A stretch of DNA of 63,992 nt, filler included, from Hyphochytrium catenoides (GCA_900088475.1; 13 parts of 13 records of this genome joined end to end with filler, not necessarily neighbours in it); one strand, 5' to 3'. Counted from the whole stretch's first letter, positions 38,201 through 51,827 are shown. Translations and numbers: made by a program. The notes: generated by a model from the letters alone, not told the origin.

Positions 38201-40563
38201 AGTAAGTGTTTAGTTAACTGAGAGAGAGAAAGAAGGAGAGAGCCGGCATAGCAAGAGAGAAATGCGCAAGCTTTTAGAGAAGTGACCACCACACCCAGAA
38301 GAGTCCGACCAAACCGAAAGTGCGACGCTAGAGAGAGGCTCAGAGCGGAGTTGAAAGACGAAGGGCGACTTTCGCTCCTGTACCTAACATTCTTACTTTG
38401 CCTGTTCACTCTCTTCCTTTTTATTTCCCTCTTTGGTCTCTGTCTCTCTCCCTTACCTTTGCATCTGAATATAGAGCTCAACAGCAAGTCCGGGCCTTAC
38501 AACAGGACAATCACTCCTTGGAGAGTAAAGTCAGCCTGCTCTCTTCTCTCTCACAAAAGCTAAAAGGAGAAATAGAGAACGCCCATCAGCTACTCAAGGT
38601 AGCACAGGCAGAGATAGAGAAAGAAAGAGCGATGCAGAGCCAGCTTGCTGAGGAGTTAGACGAGGTGCAAGAGAAACTGGATGAGACCGAGACTGACAAT
38701 GAAGAGCTACAGGTGCTTAACCATCTCTCTTTCTCTCTTTCTCTCCCCGGCTCACTCCCAATAGTCTATGGAAAGGGTTTGATCATTGGTCCCAACCATT
38801 GCATGCTATTCAAGCTTTCTCATTCTGTTACGGCGCTGGTGTGGATTTGGCTGTCTTTTTCTCTCTCATCCCAATCGGTCTCTTGGCGCTCGGGCTTGAA
38901 CTCTCTCTCCGTCTCTCACCGGTGCGCGATCTTTTTCCTCTCTCTCCTTTTCTCTCTCTCCTCTCTCTCTTTGTAGTCTCTCCCTGTCTGTTGGCGTCTC
39001 TCTTTCCCCTTCCGGCGACGCTTCTTTTATTATCGCCTACCTCATCTTCGAAAACTTACGTGGCTCCTGCGATGTCTCTCTTCGTTTTCTCCATTATTCA
39101 CCAGAAATCCCTGGAGGCGACGAGGGAAGAGTGCCAGAAACTTCAAGACGAGGTCCAAAGACTTCTAAGAGTCGAAGAAGAGCACTGCGTACTGGATGAG
39201 AGATTCCACGCGCTACAACGAGACTTCAATGAGACAGAGAAGAAGAAGAGAGACCTGGAACATACCTTAAGCAGAATTCTAGGAGAAAACCTCAAGCTGC
39301 AGAGCGAGAGTAAGGTCCTGAAGGAGCAGCTAGAATCGCTGAAAACTGCAAAGATAGACGAGATAGTGGAAATGCTAGGAGAAGAAAGAAAGGAGAGAGA
39401 GAATGGGAGGCCAAGAAAGATGAGCCAAGATGACTCTGCTCTCACTCGTATGACAAAGGGAAGAATAGACATTCGGGAGTTCAACATTCAGACAATCTTT
39501 AGACTTAGAGCTGAAGGAAAGGCTATTCCTCCTGCTCTTCGAGGATTAGCGGAGGAGCTAGACCATCTTGGCCTCTCTGCATCGCTCTTCCCTAGTGCAC
39601 CAAGATCCCAGACGGCTCCCGTCGGAGAGGAGAGGCCAGGGTCTCACTCCCAGGAAGAATCTCGGCCTTCAACCTCCGGAAGAGGTAAGAAGAGAGCTAC
39701 TCGTAGTCCCCGCTCTCCTATCTCTCAGCGGAGCCCGCGCTCTCCGACAAAGTCACCACGGATGCCCAGAGCACAGACTCCTGATAAGAATGGCTCTTCT
39801 TCGTCTCCGTCTCTCTCCGTAAACTCCTCGTCGCCGGATGTGAATATACCGAGCCAGCCCACCGCGCCTTCACTGGTGATCCGTCCATCTTCTCCAGCCC
39901 AGCCTCTCTCTCCTCCTCTTACCCATTCACTATCGGCGGCGATGGGTCCTGGCTTCGCTCCTTCTGCTTCTTCAGAAGCTGCGAGTTCTCTCGTCTCTCT
40001 GTCTTCTCCTCCGCCTTCTTCGTTCTCGTCCGTTGAACCCTCCTCTTCTCTCTCTTTGATACATGAGTCGCCCTCCTCTCCTGCGACACCAACTCCTTCG
40101 GCTGCTACTCTTCCTGGTGCATCTTCTTCTACCGCTGCTCCTACGCTGGCGACGACTTCTCCTTCCACTCGCTCCAGCGTGGGCCATTCTCTCTTCTCCG
40201 GTGCACAAGCTGTCGCACCTGTCTCCAGTCCAGCTAAGGAGCCATCATCGTCCCAAGCTTCTGCACAAGGGTCAGGAGATAGAGCAGGGAAGGCGGAAAA
40301 GCACTCTCTCTCTCCTGTTCCTTCTCTCCAAAGCGGTAGAAGCACACGAGAGCTGATACGATCTCACACGAGAGAGAGTGGCAGCACTTCTCCCCCAACC
40401 GCGCGAAAGCAGTTCCCATCCACCGGTGGGGAGAGAAGCTCTCACACTAGCGAGCAGACATCCCATAGAATGGCCATGGTCGGAACAACTTCTCTTTTTC
40501 ATACGACGCACGGATTTGTCTCGGTCTCCTTTTCTCTCTCCTTTTCTCTCTCTCTCTCTCTCT
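35293..40563 (+). CDS. Large coiled-coil protein with Ser/Pro-rich C-terminal tail, multi-exon, 3' partial
   Basis: Series of GT-AG-bounded exons with heptad E/K/L/Q-rich sequence (e.g. AQQQVRALQQDNHSLESKVSLL, KSLEATREECQKLQDEVQRLL) and a long S/P-rich final exon. Contains an internal N gap. Confidence 0.75.
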
Positions 40564-40719
40564 NNNNNNNNNNNNNNNNNNNNNNNNNNNNNNNNNNNNN
40601 NNNNNNNTTAATTAATTAANNNNNNNNNNNNNNNNNNNNNNNNNNNNNNNNNNNNNNNNNNNNTCCTTCCCTCCTGAGCCCCGAGAGAGAACGAAGGAAG
40701 GAGGAAAAGAAGAGCTCAC

Positions 40720-41371
40720 GCGCACTAGAAAAGTGCCTGCAGAGGAAATAAAAAGAAAGAAAAAAATTCATTAGCTCTTCTCTCTCTCTCTCTCTCCTAG
40801 CTTGCTATTCTAAAACAAGAATGACGTTACGCTGACACAATCTTCCTTTCTTTTTCATGTCTCTCTCTCTCTCCCTCTCTCTCTGAGGGTGAATATATCT
40901 CTGTTGTTCTCTGTCTCTTCCTTCTCCTACCTGGCACTAGTCTCCCTTCCGTTTCAAGAAAGAGTTCATCTTCTGCTTCCTTCCTCGTCATTCTCCCACG
41001 GAACCAGGGAGGCACTCTTTTCTCCCCTCTTTCTTCTACAAGTGACTCATTTATCTGACAACAAAGACAGAGAGAGGGAGACGAGAGAGGAGGCCATAAG
41101 AAAAGGAAGAGAGAGAAAGAGAGAGTGATTATGAGGTGACATATTAGGACGGAGAGATAAGAACATCGCTGGCGGGAAGAGAGAAGAGAGAGAGAGAGAG
41201 ACAAAGAAAGACAGGAGAGAGAGAGGGAGGGGGAGAGACAAAGGAGAACTAATGATTAGCGAGGTAAGAAGCTCCATATCAAAAGGCGAGTGAACGGGAG
41301 GAAGAAGTCAGGGGAAGATCAGCTGCTGGCCGCGAGGGAATATACGGACAGAACCTCCCAAGCCTAGACTT

Positions 41372-41403
<32 letters not shown>

Positions 41404-41655
41404 AGGGAAGAAAGGGAGATAGGAAGGGAGTGCGAGGAGCCGACAGGCAGGGGAGAAGAGAAAGAGGGAGAAAGAGACTTTGTAGGAGATGGGACACTGG
41501 GAGCTGAGGAGAGAGACAATTCAGCAAAGAGACGAAGTGGAAGAGAGAGTCGTAAGTAAGAGAAACCAGGGGTTGCAAGCCAACGAACCCGCTGTAGCCA
41601 CCTATTTATAGGCCCGAAGAGGTGTTCCAGATCCGATAGCTACGGGACAGAGTGA

Positions 41656-41735
<80 letters not shown>

Positions 41736-43282
41736 GAGAGAGAGAAAGAGAGGGGAGAGGGGCCCGGAAAACAGGTCGGCGAACGTTAGAGAAGAGGGAC
41801 AAAGAGGGAGGGGGAGATGAAAATGAGAGAGTCAGAAAAAATGAAAGAGGGAGAGGGAGAAAGAGTGAGACCGTGAGAAAGCGAGAGCTTAAAAAATTGG
41901 AGGAGAAGGGAAAATGGAAAGCGAGGATCAGGGAAGGAGAAACGGGAGCTGCGGGTGAGAGCAATATGAAGAGAGGCCGAAAGAGGGCAGCAAGAGACCT
42001 AGACAGAAAGGAACCAGGAGAGAGAAAGAGAGAGAGAGAGGAAGTTCTAGAAGAGAGATAGAGGTGATCCCGTCTGAGGAAGTAGAGAGGGGAAGAACAG
42101 CAGCTGCACTACCTGATCGAGAGTCACCATCTCTTCTGTCTTTTCCAGCAAACCGTTTTCCCTCTTTCTCATTCCCAAAGAGAGAGACAGAATTTCAACG
42201 AAAAGAGGAGATGCAGCCTGTCTCTCTCCCTCTTCTTCAGCGGAAGACAAAGAAGATGAGAGCTAGTGGGAGATGATCAAAAAGGGAGGGAAAGAGAGGG
42301 AGAGAAGGAGAGAGAGAGAGAGGGGAGAGAGAGACTATGTTAGTATAACTTGTGTGAAGATCTCCCAACCTTTGGAAGCAGGGGAGGGAAGAGAGAAAGA
42401 GAGAGAGTGGGGGACTAATCTACCTGCAGGCAGCATGGTAGAAGATCCTCTGAAAGGGAGATGTAAGGTCTTTCGCCGTAACGTGAGCGCCTGCACGAGG
42501 AGAAAGGGCGGCGTTAGGGGAGAGAAGCAGAGAGAGAGAGAGAAAGAGAGCAAAGAAAGGAGAGGAAGAGAGCAAAAAAAGAAGTCAAAGAAAGACAGAA
42601 GGAAAGGAGAAAAAGTGCGGGGAAACAGGAAATGACGTCTGTGTGTGTGTGTGTGTGTGGGTGTGAGGAGAGAGAGAGAGAGAGTAAACAGAGAGAGAAT
42701 TCGAGAGAAAGAAACAGAGAGCGAGAGCGAGAACGAGAAAAAGAAAAGAAGGAGGTGGAGAGGCCATGCAAAGGAAGAAAAATCAGAATCAGCTTACCAA
42801 AATGAAAGGAGAGAGTTGGGTCCGTTCTCTCTTCCGCCTCTTTCTGTGTCTTCCCCAGCGGCTCGTTCTTCTTTCTCTCTCTCTCTTTCTCTCACATCTG
42901 CGCCTGCACCAAGGCTCCTCGCAACCTGGGAAGAGAGGCGGCGGCGCCGATGGAGGGGGCGCGGCTGCGGCTGGGGCGGCGACGCGAGCGGGCAAGCTTC
43001 ATACATCGACATCGAGCGAGCGAGCGAGCGAGAGAGAGAGAGAGAGAGGGAGAGAGAGCGCGAGAGCGAGAGCGAGAGAGATGGAGCGCGAGCGCGAGAG
43101 AGATGGAGCGAGAGAGCGAGAGAGAGAGCGCGAGAGAGCGAGAGAGAGAGAGAGGGAGAGAGAGAAAAACGGACGCGGAAGCTGGCAAAGTTCTTTCTCT
43201 CTTCTTCTATCTCCCCTTTCCGGTAATTAGCTGTCTCTCTCCCTGCTTCTTCTTCTTCTTCTGAGTTCGTTCTTCCTTCCAC
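40720..43282 (-). CDS. SH2-domain protein with a Cbl-TKB/Shk-like EF-hand-SH2 module (partial)
   Basis: Spliced ...[15 protein letters not shown]...[28 protein letters not shown]...[35 protein letters not shown]2 exons are 41054-40931 and 40736-40720. The 5' end is uncertain and the 3' end is cut by the scaffold end. Confidence 0.8.
41660..41745. repeat. (AG)n microsatellite, representative of dozens of AG/CT tracts in the window
   Basis: Long AG/CT runs also near 8677, 16053, 28680, 37060, 43030, 47150, 51440 and 61195. Many scaffold ends and N gaps fall in such tracts. Confidence 0.95.
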
Positions 43283-44177
43283 GCTCTAACGCTCCTCCGT
43301 CCTCTTCTTCCTCTGCTGTATCATCGCCATCCTCCATCATCCTCAGTCAACGCAACAATACAATAGACTTACTATCGAAACCCAGGTGTAAAAGTACCCA
43401 GGTTTGCTCACGTGACCCTGATATTGGGTAAAATATAGAGAGAACCAGGATACTACCGCTCATGGCTAACCGGGTTACAAACTAAGTCACCCTCCTTCAA
43501 CTGCAGGACCAAGATCAAGGGCCAAACAGAAGAGACCTCGTTCCACCTTTCCTCCTCCCTCCTCGTTGTTGTTGACCAGCCGCGTCCATCCCGGCCGCCG
43601 CCGCCGCCTGCTGCTGCTGCTTGCCGCTGCTCTCCTCGTCAGTGCTGCGCTTATTTCTTAGAAGTCCCCACCATCCTCCGGCTCGTCGCCCTCCCTTCGT
43701 GGCCCAGCGCCGCCATTGCCTTGCCTGCTCTGCTCTTTTGTCTATTCGGGGAGGTTACTCTCTCCTGCTCTCCTGCTCCCTCCTCCGTACCTATCAGCTT
43801 CTTCTCTCCTCTCCGTCCATCCTACCGCTCTCACTTGCGCCGATGCGACTTCATATCCCTTGCTACCAGCTGCACTATAAGATCTCGCATCGGTACCGCC
43901 GTTGAGGAGAAGAAGATTAGAAGAAGCTGCGAGTGCTGCCGCTCACCACCACTGTTCTCTGGCTCACGGATGACCTTCTATTATTCTTCTCAGCCCTCTT
44001 ACGCGTGAGTAGTGGTAGCTAATTGTGTAGCAACGAGAAGCCCTTTTCCTCCTCACTCCGCCTCCTCGGCAGAGACCCTCGATATCTCGCTTCTTCTCCG
44101 GCACGATCGAGGTCGCATCCCTAATCGAGGTGCAGAGAAGGTGGGACTAGAGAACCACGCCTGTCCAGGAGCTAGAA

Positions 44178-46114
44178 ATGGAGGACAGGCAGTTAGAAGG
44201 AGCCGAAGGAGAGGCAAGAGAGGAAGGTGAAAGAGTCAGCGGCTTGCAGCAATTCTTCACCATTTGGCCTGGAGTGCAGCTGATCATCTGTCACGCGGCG
44301 CACCTCAAAGGAGACTTTCATCTCCTGGAGGAAAGAGCAGCAGCTGCAATCCAAGCCGTAGCTGCGCGCCACCCTCTCTTCCTTGCCCGCCTTCTCCCTC
44401 TCTGCTGCAAGACAGCAGACGACAGAGGCTCCAACTACTCTTTCCCGTCCATTTTGCCGCTGGAAAAGTTTGATTCTTCTGCGGTTTGCAAGGTCCTAAG
44501 CCCTACTGGTCCAGATTTCTGGCAAGAAGTCCTGGAGGAAGAGACCAACAAGGCGATCAACAGGGCAGAGGATCCTCTCTTCTGGGTGAGGGTTGTGCTA
44601 CCCTACCAAAAAGAGAAGAGGGAAGACAGTGAAGAGAGAGATGATAAAATGAGTGGTGAGTGGAAAGATGAGGGACACGTCCTTCTCTTCAGCGATCACG
44701 CCGTCTCTGATGGATTCTCCGGCTACCGGATCCTCTTCGACTTCTTCACTGCTCTTTGTTCGTCTTCTCCGATGACGGCACTAGGCCCTCCTCTTCCTCT
44801 GAAGCCGTCCCTCCTTTCTCTTCTTCAGAAAGAACTGAAGCCTATGAACGACGACGAAGTTCTCTCGTCTTTTCTTCCTCACGTCCATGACCCACTCTTT
44901 CCACTCCCTGCGGCGCCCCTTCAGCTAGAAATTCCCTTTCCGCCAGTGCCGTACAGAACGTCCGCCTTTGCAACCGGAACAGAAGCTAATTTTTCTCTAC
45001 TGGTCCGGCGCTGCAAGGAGGAAGGTGTGACTATTCACGGAGCTCTAACGGCTTGTCTCCTCGCCGCTATGCTGCCGTATTATGAAAAGGCAGGGCGTTT
45101 GATTGAGGATGGAGATGGAAGGGAGGAAGTGCTTGACTGGGAAGTAGATGTGGACTATAACTTTAGAAAAAGGATCCCCGAAGAGAGTCAAAGATTAGGA
45201 GAAGATCACGTGGGACTCTTTGTCGCCATCGCCACCTCAAGGTTTGGCCGTCAGAGCGTTAGAGAGCCATTCTGGGACTTTGCCCGGAAAGCTAAGAGAG
45301 TAGCAGACGAGTCTCTTTCTCAGGCTGTCGAGAACCTCCGACTTGCTGACGTTGTGAGTGTCTGCCAGTTGCTCTGTCTCCAATCGATTGTTAGGCTTCT
45401 TTCATACTTGTTAGCATGTGGGAGGATGTCCTCTTCTTCTGTCTTCTTCTGTCTTCTTTCTTTGCCATAACCTCTCTGTTCTTTTAACTTCTTCAATGGC
45501 TTGGTACTAGCTGACCCTCCTCATCTTGGCCTCTTTTTCATTCCATCTCTCTCTATTTCTACTTCTCTCTCCCTCTCTTCTTTGAGATAGTTCCCACCAT
45601 ACCCACGCATCCTTTCCCCTATTTCCTCTAAGTGGGGCCTGTCCCAACTAAGTCTCTTATCCTTGTTTATGTTGACCTGCTTCCTCTATTTCAGGTTGGA
45701 AGCCACCCCCAGCGAGCTTTTGAGCTCTGGAAAGAGAGCCCTAACTGCATCCTAAGCGACGTAGAACTCTCCAATATAGGAAAGTTCCCATTCCCTACTG
45801 AGTATGCTTTGAAAGAAGAAAGGAGCGCGGAGATACTGGCTGAGATGGAAGAGAGATACGAAGGGAAGAAGCTCAGTCTGCGCTCCGTTCATGTCTATAA
45901 CTCGTCCAACATTCTCAGTCCTCAGGCCGTGGTCTTTGTTTCCTCAGTCCGGCAGCTCTGCTTCTCTCTGTGTCATAAAATGGAAGAGGGTGCGGCGGGA
46001 CGTTTCTTTGCATCATTTGTCTCTCTCTCTGAAAACTGCCATTCGATAGGGGCAGAGAAGACCCTGAAAGAGGTAGCACGAGACTACTTCCAGGATGACA
46101 GGGAAGAAGCATGA
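44178..46114 (+). CDS. HxxxD CoA-dependent acyltransferase (condensation domain / PapA5 / alcohol acetyltransferase-like), 2 exons
   Basis: SDHAVSDGFSG active-site motif, ARHPLF, LVRRCKEEGVTIHGALTA, FWDFARK and LSNIGKFPFP. Intron at 45354-45694. Confidence 0.85.
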
Positions 46115-46551
46115 AGAGAGCAAGTTCTCCTTTAGACCGAGAGCAACAGGTTCTGGCAAACTCTCGTTGCCACCTCCCTACGGCAGATAATAATGCTCAT
46201 CCAGGCCATTGCGGTGACAGAGGGAGAGACACGTACTCAGAGACACACACGTGCAGAGTGTGTGCGAGAGAGCAGAAAGACGTTAATCTACTAGTCCTTT
46301 AGGTTAATGGATGGCTAAAAGTAGATTTGGTAAGGCTCTTTCTTCTCTTTGATTAAACGATGGAGAGGATCGTGCTTTGGCTCCCCTCTTTCCCTTGCTG
46401 GTCGATGGACCGAAGCTCGAGGGTCATCGTCCCCTAAGAGATCCCCGTCTCTCGTTCTCTAGTCTCGATGCTTAGGCCGGGACTACAGCTAGGGTTACGA
46501 TAAAAGTAAATAGCTGGAACTTTTTCCCCTTCATCGGCTTGACTTGACAGT

Positions 46552-47146
46552 TCACCCTTCCTCGATGGAGCTGCGCAGTCTAAGCAGCTCAGCAGCATCA
46601 GAAGTTCCTGTTCGTAACTCATTGCAGAACTCCTCCAATGCTATCTCTCTTTCTTCTCTTTTTGCTCTGTTACTTGCCACTGATGCTGTCAGCCACTCCT
46701 CCATCATCTGAAGCAGCGTCTCTATGGTGGAGCGCAGGGCTTGAAGCTGGTGCTCTCGTTGGGCAACCGCAGCCTAAAGGAGAGAAAACGATGGAACGAT
46801 AAGTTAGAAGAGAAGAAGAGAGACAGAGAGCGAGTGATGATCAAGCCCACTTCAGCTAGACAATCCTATTGCTCGAGGCGGAACGCTTAAGAGAAGAATA
46901 TGCAAAAGTATCTCTGGCCAAAAGAATGTTATCGGAAGAGGAAAGGACGGCGAAGAACCCTGCTAACCTTCATTTCTTGGTCTGCTTGGGCTATGATGCT
47001 ATGCGGAAGAAGGGCGCTGTGGAAGAGCTTCAGCTCCTGCAGCCGCTGCCGGTAGCTCTCAATTGATAATACACTGCGGATCCGAAAGAACATAATATTT
47101 GGGGGGAAGAGAGAGAGTCAGACAGAGCGAGCTGGAGAGGAAGGGG

Positions 47147-47193
<47 letters not shown>

Positions 47194-50100
47194 CACAATG
47201 GTTTCTTTGAAACTAAACCCCTTTGAAGATCTTAGCATCTCTCTCCTTTCTCAGTTCAGAGGGCTTTTTCTCCTACCTGACATCTCCCTGTTCCTTCAGC
47301 CGGAGGAGCACTTCCAAGGCAGTGGTGGCCGTGAGGACCTCCTCCCCGCTCTCATCCAGCCACCGCTGCACGCGTGTCTTGTTCAAGAGAGACGGGGACA
47401 GTGATGAGGAAGAGCGAACGGAGGGTGCCGAGCTACTTGACAACTGCGAGATCCGCCTCACTGAAAAGCGTCCGGGGCGTTCGCTCTCCGCCTCCTGGTA
47501 AGACGATGACGAAGAAGGATGGACGGGACACGGGTCTAGCCCAGAGGTAAGCGAATCAACACCTCCTTCTACTGCGTCAGTGGAGATTGAGTAACAATTG
47601 CTGAGATGGCAGGCGAGAAGAAGAAGAACATCTGAAGCGAGACGAAAGGGAAGCAAGCAGTTAAGAGCAAGGAGCTGCTAGTGTTCGCACCAGCGCATTG
47701 CCCGCGGTTGGCTTGGGATGAGGAAGTACGTGAAGAGCTGCGTGAGACTAAAGAGTCAACAGAGCGAACAGAGTCTTCTCTTTCTATCGCCCTATCTCTA
47801 TCTGCCTCCCGACTCTTCTCAGACAAAGGCAACCCTAGCGTTCCTCTTTGGCTGCCCTTCTCCGCGTCGATTTGCTCCTTCTGCACGAGCAGTTCATGAA
47901 GTTAGCTGAGCAAGAGAAGTCATCCTCCTTTGCATGAGGAATGGCTAGAGGAAGAGAGGTATATGGAAGCATCAAAGGCCAAACGATTGGTCCGGAGAGC
48001 ATAAGGAACAGAAGGACTAAGGATGGCAAGCGACGGAGCACCATGAAGAGGGGCATGGGAGAGGAGAGAGAGAGAGAGAACTCTAAGAGCCGAAGAGAGA
48101 GAGTTGACCAGAGAGCTTGATGCTTTTGACCCAGCTCGGGAGCGACTGGAGAGAGAGGGAGATGGCGAGATAAAGGCAACAGAGGAAGACTCGGGGCGCT
48201 CTGCGTTTGGTCCTTCCACGGGGACCTCAGGGTCCCGAGACTGAGACTGAGAGGAGAGAAAGATTAGACGGGAGCCAAGGAAGAAAGAGACAGAGAGAGA
48301 CGTCGTTGTATAGGGAAACAGTGGAAAAGAGAATAGTTGAAGAGATAAAGCACCTTTTGCACCCATTGTTACCTTCTCAAGCTCTTTCTCTTTCCTTCCA
48401 GGAACTCCATCTTTGGGGCCTCGCCCACCCGTGTCCTTCATCTTGGCTCTGACTTGCTCCAGGAGCTTCTGTACGTGAGCAGGCAGAGGAGGACGACGTC
48501 CTCTCTCTTCCTTCTCTTTAAGTGGCTTATTCTTTGTTGATTCCCTGTCTCTCCCCCGCTCCTCTCGTACGTCACTCTGCCTTCGAAGTGGTCGGTCTCC
48601 GCGGATCCCAAACACGTTTCGGCCAACAATCGGCTGCTTCTCCTCGGGCAAATGCTTCAAAAGAGAGGGAGAAGAGAAAGAGAGTGTGACACGGAATGAG
48701 AGAGAGAGGAGAAGAAGACAAGAGGTAAGTGCTCAGTCGAAGAGGATGCGGTCGGACTATCGCACATCTCCTTTGTTCACTCTCTATAACTGCTTTCCTT
48801 TCTCTCTGTCGCCTTCTCCACCCTCTATCTCTTTCAACCCCAAACACAAGTTTTCGTCCTTGAACTCTCTCTCTCTCTCTGTCTTTTTCTTGCTCTGTGA
48901 CTCTCTCTTCTTCTTCCTCTTGGTGCTTCCTTCTCCTTGAAAGAAAGGAACTCTTTGTTCCTACCTTAGGTTTGCACCAGTGTTCGATCTTCTGCTTCAG
49001 GTCAGTAGAAAGCTCTGTCTCTCTCCTTGGCTGGTTCTGCTCTGTTTCTTCTTCTTCGCCCTCTCCTCCCTCTTTTTTCCTGTTCTCGTTTGCTTCTCTT
49101 GGCTCATCGCTCGGTTTATCCGCCTGTCTCTTCCGCTGACCGGCCGATGTGGGAGACAGAGAAAGAGACGATCTTTTTGGTCTTGCATCACTAAAGACAG
49201 GCATTCCAGGGAGGGACAGTTCTAGAGAGAGAAGAGACCAAAGAAGAAGTTCTACCGCCGTCGAGTCTGTCTCCTCCTTTCTCTTTGCTCTAAGCACTGC
49301 GAGAATGGATTGACAGCTAAGAACCACGAAAGGGAAGAAGAGAAAGACAAAATAGAGAAATAGTGTACGGTTAGACTATGATTATGACCTACACACGGTT
49401 GAAAATAGAGAAACACCTTAAAAGAGAGAGAGACTACGCAGGCAAAGGAGAAATGAAAGTAAGACACAGAAAGAGAACGAGAGAAATAGAAGAAGAGAGG
49501 GAGAGGGAGAGGAAGAGGGAAAGGGAGAGGGAGAGGGAGAGGAGAGAGAAAGAGCGAGAGAGAGAGAGACTCAGAAAGAGCAAAGATTGATATGGCTCCT
49601 CTCCCTCTTACCTTTGAACAAGTGCAGCATCTCTCGCAAACCTTGGCCCTTTCCCCGCGCCAGGGCCACTCGCCCTTCTCGTTATTTTGATGGTTCTCCT
49701 CCCGTTTTCTCTCTTCTCTCCTTCCACGTTTTGGAAAGGCTTTTCCTCTTGTCTCTCTTTCACTCTCTCTCTTGTGTCTTTCTTCGCGCTAGCCATGGGA
49801 TCCAGGCTTAATCGCTGGATCTGGGGAAGGAGAGAGCGCACCTGCTGCCGGCAGTACTCCTGGCAGGAGAGAGGAGTGTCTCCGAGATCGAGAGAGAGAA
49901 GGCTCTGCAGGGGCACAGGAGTCCACAAGGAGGAGGGTTTAGACGCCGAGAAAGAGAGAGGACTGGAGAGGAGAACGATCCCACGTGGAAACTGTTCAAT
50001 AAGGGTTCTTAAATGGTCCATAAGGTTATGAGGAATGAGAGAGAAAGAAGAGACAGACGGAAATAGAGAGACCGACAGAAAGAGAGAGGGAAGGGGCAAG

Positions 50101-50824
50101 AGAGGAGAGAAGAGGGGAAGAACCCCCTCCCCTTTTTCCAAAAAGAAGAGAGAGGGAGCGAGAGAGAGAGAGAGAAAAACAAAGAAGAGAGAGAGAGAGG
50201 GAGGGAGGGGGGAGAGAAAGAGAGAGAAAGAAGAGGTAAGGAGGAGGAGAAGCAATAGAATATTGCTCTGTAAAATAGAAGACTGCTAGAAGACCTTCTT
50301 ACACTATTGAGAGAAAGGGCTCGGAGGTTAGCGATAGACTTGACTTTGGTGGCTGACAAGTCTAGAACCTGATGGAAGAGAGGAGGAAGGCAGAGGTCGG
50401 TCGGAGAGGAAGAAGAAGGGATGCCTACAGTCTCTCTCTCTCTCCTGTCTTTTCTCTCTTTCTTTTACCTTTCATCCTCCTTTTGGGAAAGAAAGTAAAA
50501 ACTAAATCCTCCAATCGCACTCATCATGTAAGCCTTTCTCTCCTCCTCTCTCTCCTCTTCCATTCTTTCTCTCTCTCTCTCATTGTCTCTCACCTTCAGA
50601 TTCTTGAGAGCTTCCAGGCCCGAGATGAGTGAGAGAGGATTTCCTGAGAGAGAAAGAGCGGCCAGAGGGAGAGAACCAAACGGGCTTTGGAAGTCCTGAA
50701 GCTTATTTCCGCTCAAATCCAACACCTAAAGAGGTAGACAAGAGACCCGAAAAGAGAGAGAGAGTGAGTATGGCAGAGAGCGAAGACAGAAAGCATGAGA
50801 GAGAAACGATAGAGAGAGAAAAAT

Positions 50825-50856
<32 letters not shown>

Positions 50857-51437
50857 AGAAGAAAGTTCACCCCAAGAGGGTAAGTGCCGTTGTGGGGACA
50901 TGCGTTTGATAACGTTTTACCGGGTAGAGAAGGAGAACGAGGTAAAAATGGGAGAGGTGAAAATGGGAGAGGAAGAAGAGACAAAGCAACTGATTCTCTA
51001 GAGGAGACAACAAGAGAGAGAGAGGCTACGGAGCCGGAGTGAAAGAGAGAAGACACCGAGATGTAAGGCCCTCATTTTACTAGAAATAGAAGAGAAAGAG
51101 CAGTATCAAGTGATGAGAAAGAGTGAACGACCTGCAGTAGTTTGCTGGTAGAGAGAAACGCGGGGTCAAAGTGCTGAAAGTTGTTCTGCGACAGGTCCAA
51201 GACCTGAAGGCAGGGAAGCTGCACCTGGGAAGAAGAGAGAAGACCGGAGAGGAAGTGTAAGGGCAAAAGGGATATGAGAGAGAGAAAGAGACTCTAAGGC
51301 AGCGACTTGGAAAAAGAGGGGAGCAAAGAGAGAGAGAGAGTAGGAGAGAGACACACAGAAGACAGTCAGCGGGACACAACAGGAGAGAGATAGAGAAAGA
51401 AAGAAAGAAAGAGAAAGAGAGCGAGAGCGAGAGAGAG

Positions 51438-51496
<59 letters not shown>

Positions 51497-51827
51497 GAGG
51501 GACTGGGAGAAAGAGCAAAAAAGAGAAGGGATATGGGCAGCAATAGGACTATAGAAGGGAAACACTTCGCCCGTTCAATTCGATGAATGACAGAAGATAG
51601 ACATCCATTATAGGAGAGAAAGAATAGCAAGAGTTGTGAGGGGAAGTGACAGGAGGCAAAGAGGAAGAGACATAAGGCCTCACAACGGAAGACAACAGCA
51701 CTTCACCTGAGTTAGAAGCTCGATCGAGTCCAGTTGGCAGCGAGAGAGAAGCAGGACCTGCGTCCACTTCATCTCGGGAGAGAGAAGAGATGTCGGACCC
51801 AGGGCCGCGAGCTCGAGAACGACAGGA
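46552..51827 (-). CDS. Leucine-rich-repeat protein with long low-complexity/coiled-coil C-terminus, multi-exon, 5' partial
   Basis: LRR exons LQVLDLSQNNFQHF, VLDLSGNKLQDF, LSLSGNPLSLISGLEALKNLK and VLDLSATKVKSIANLRALSLN. Last exon ends ...LRSSIEEG*. Confidence 0.8.
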
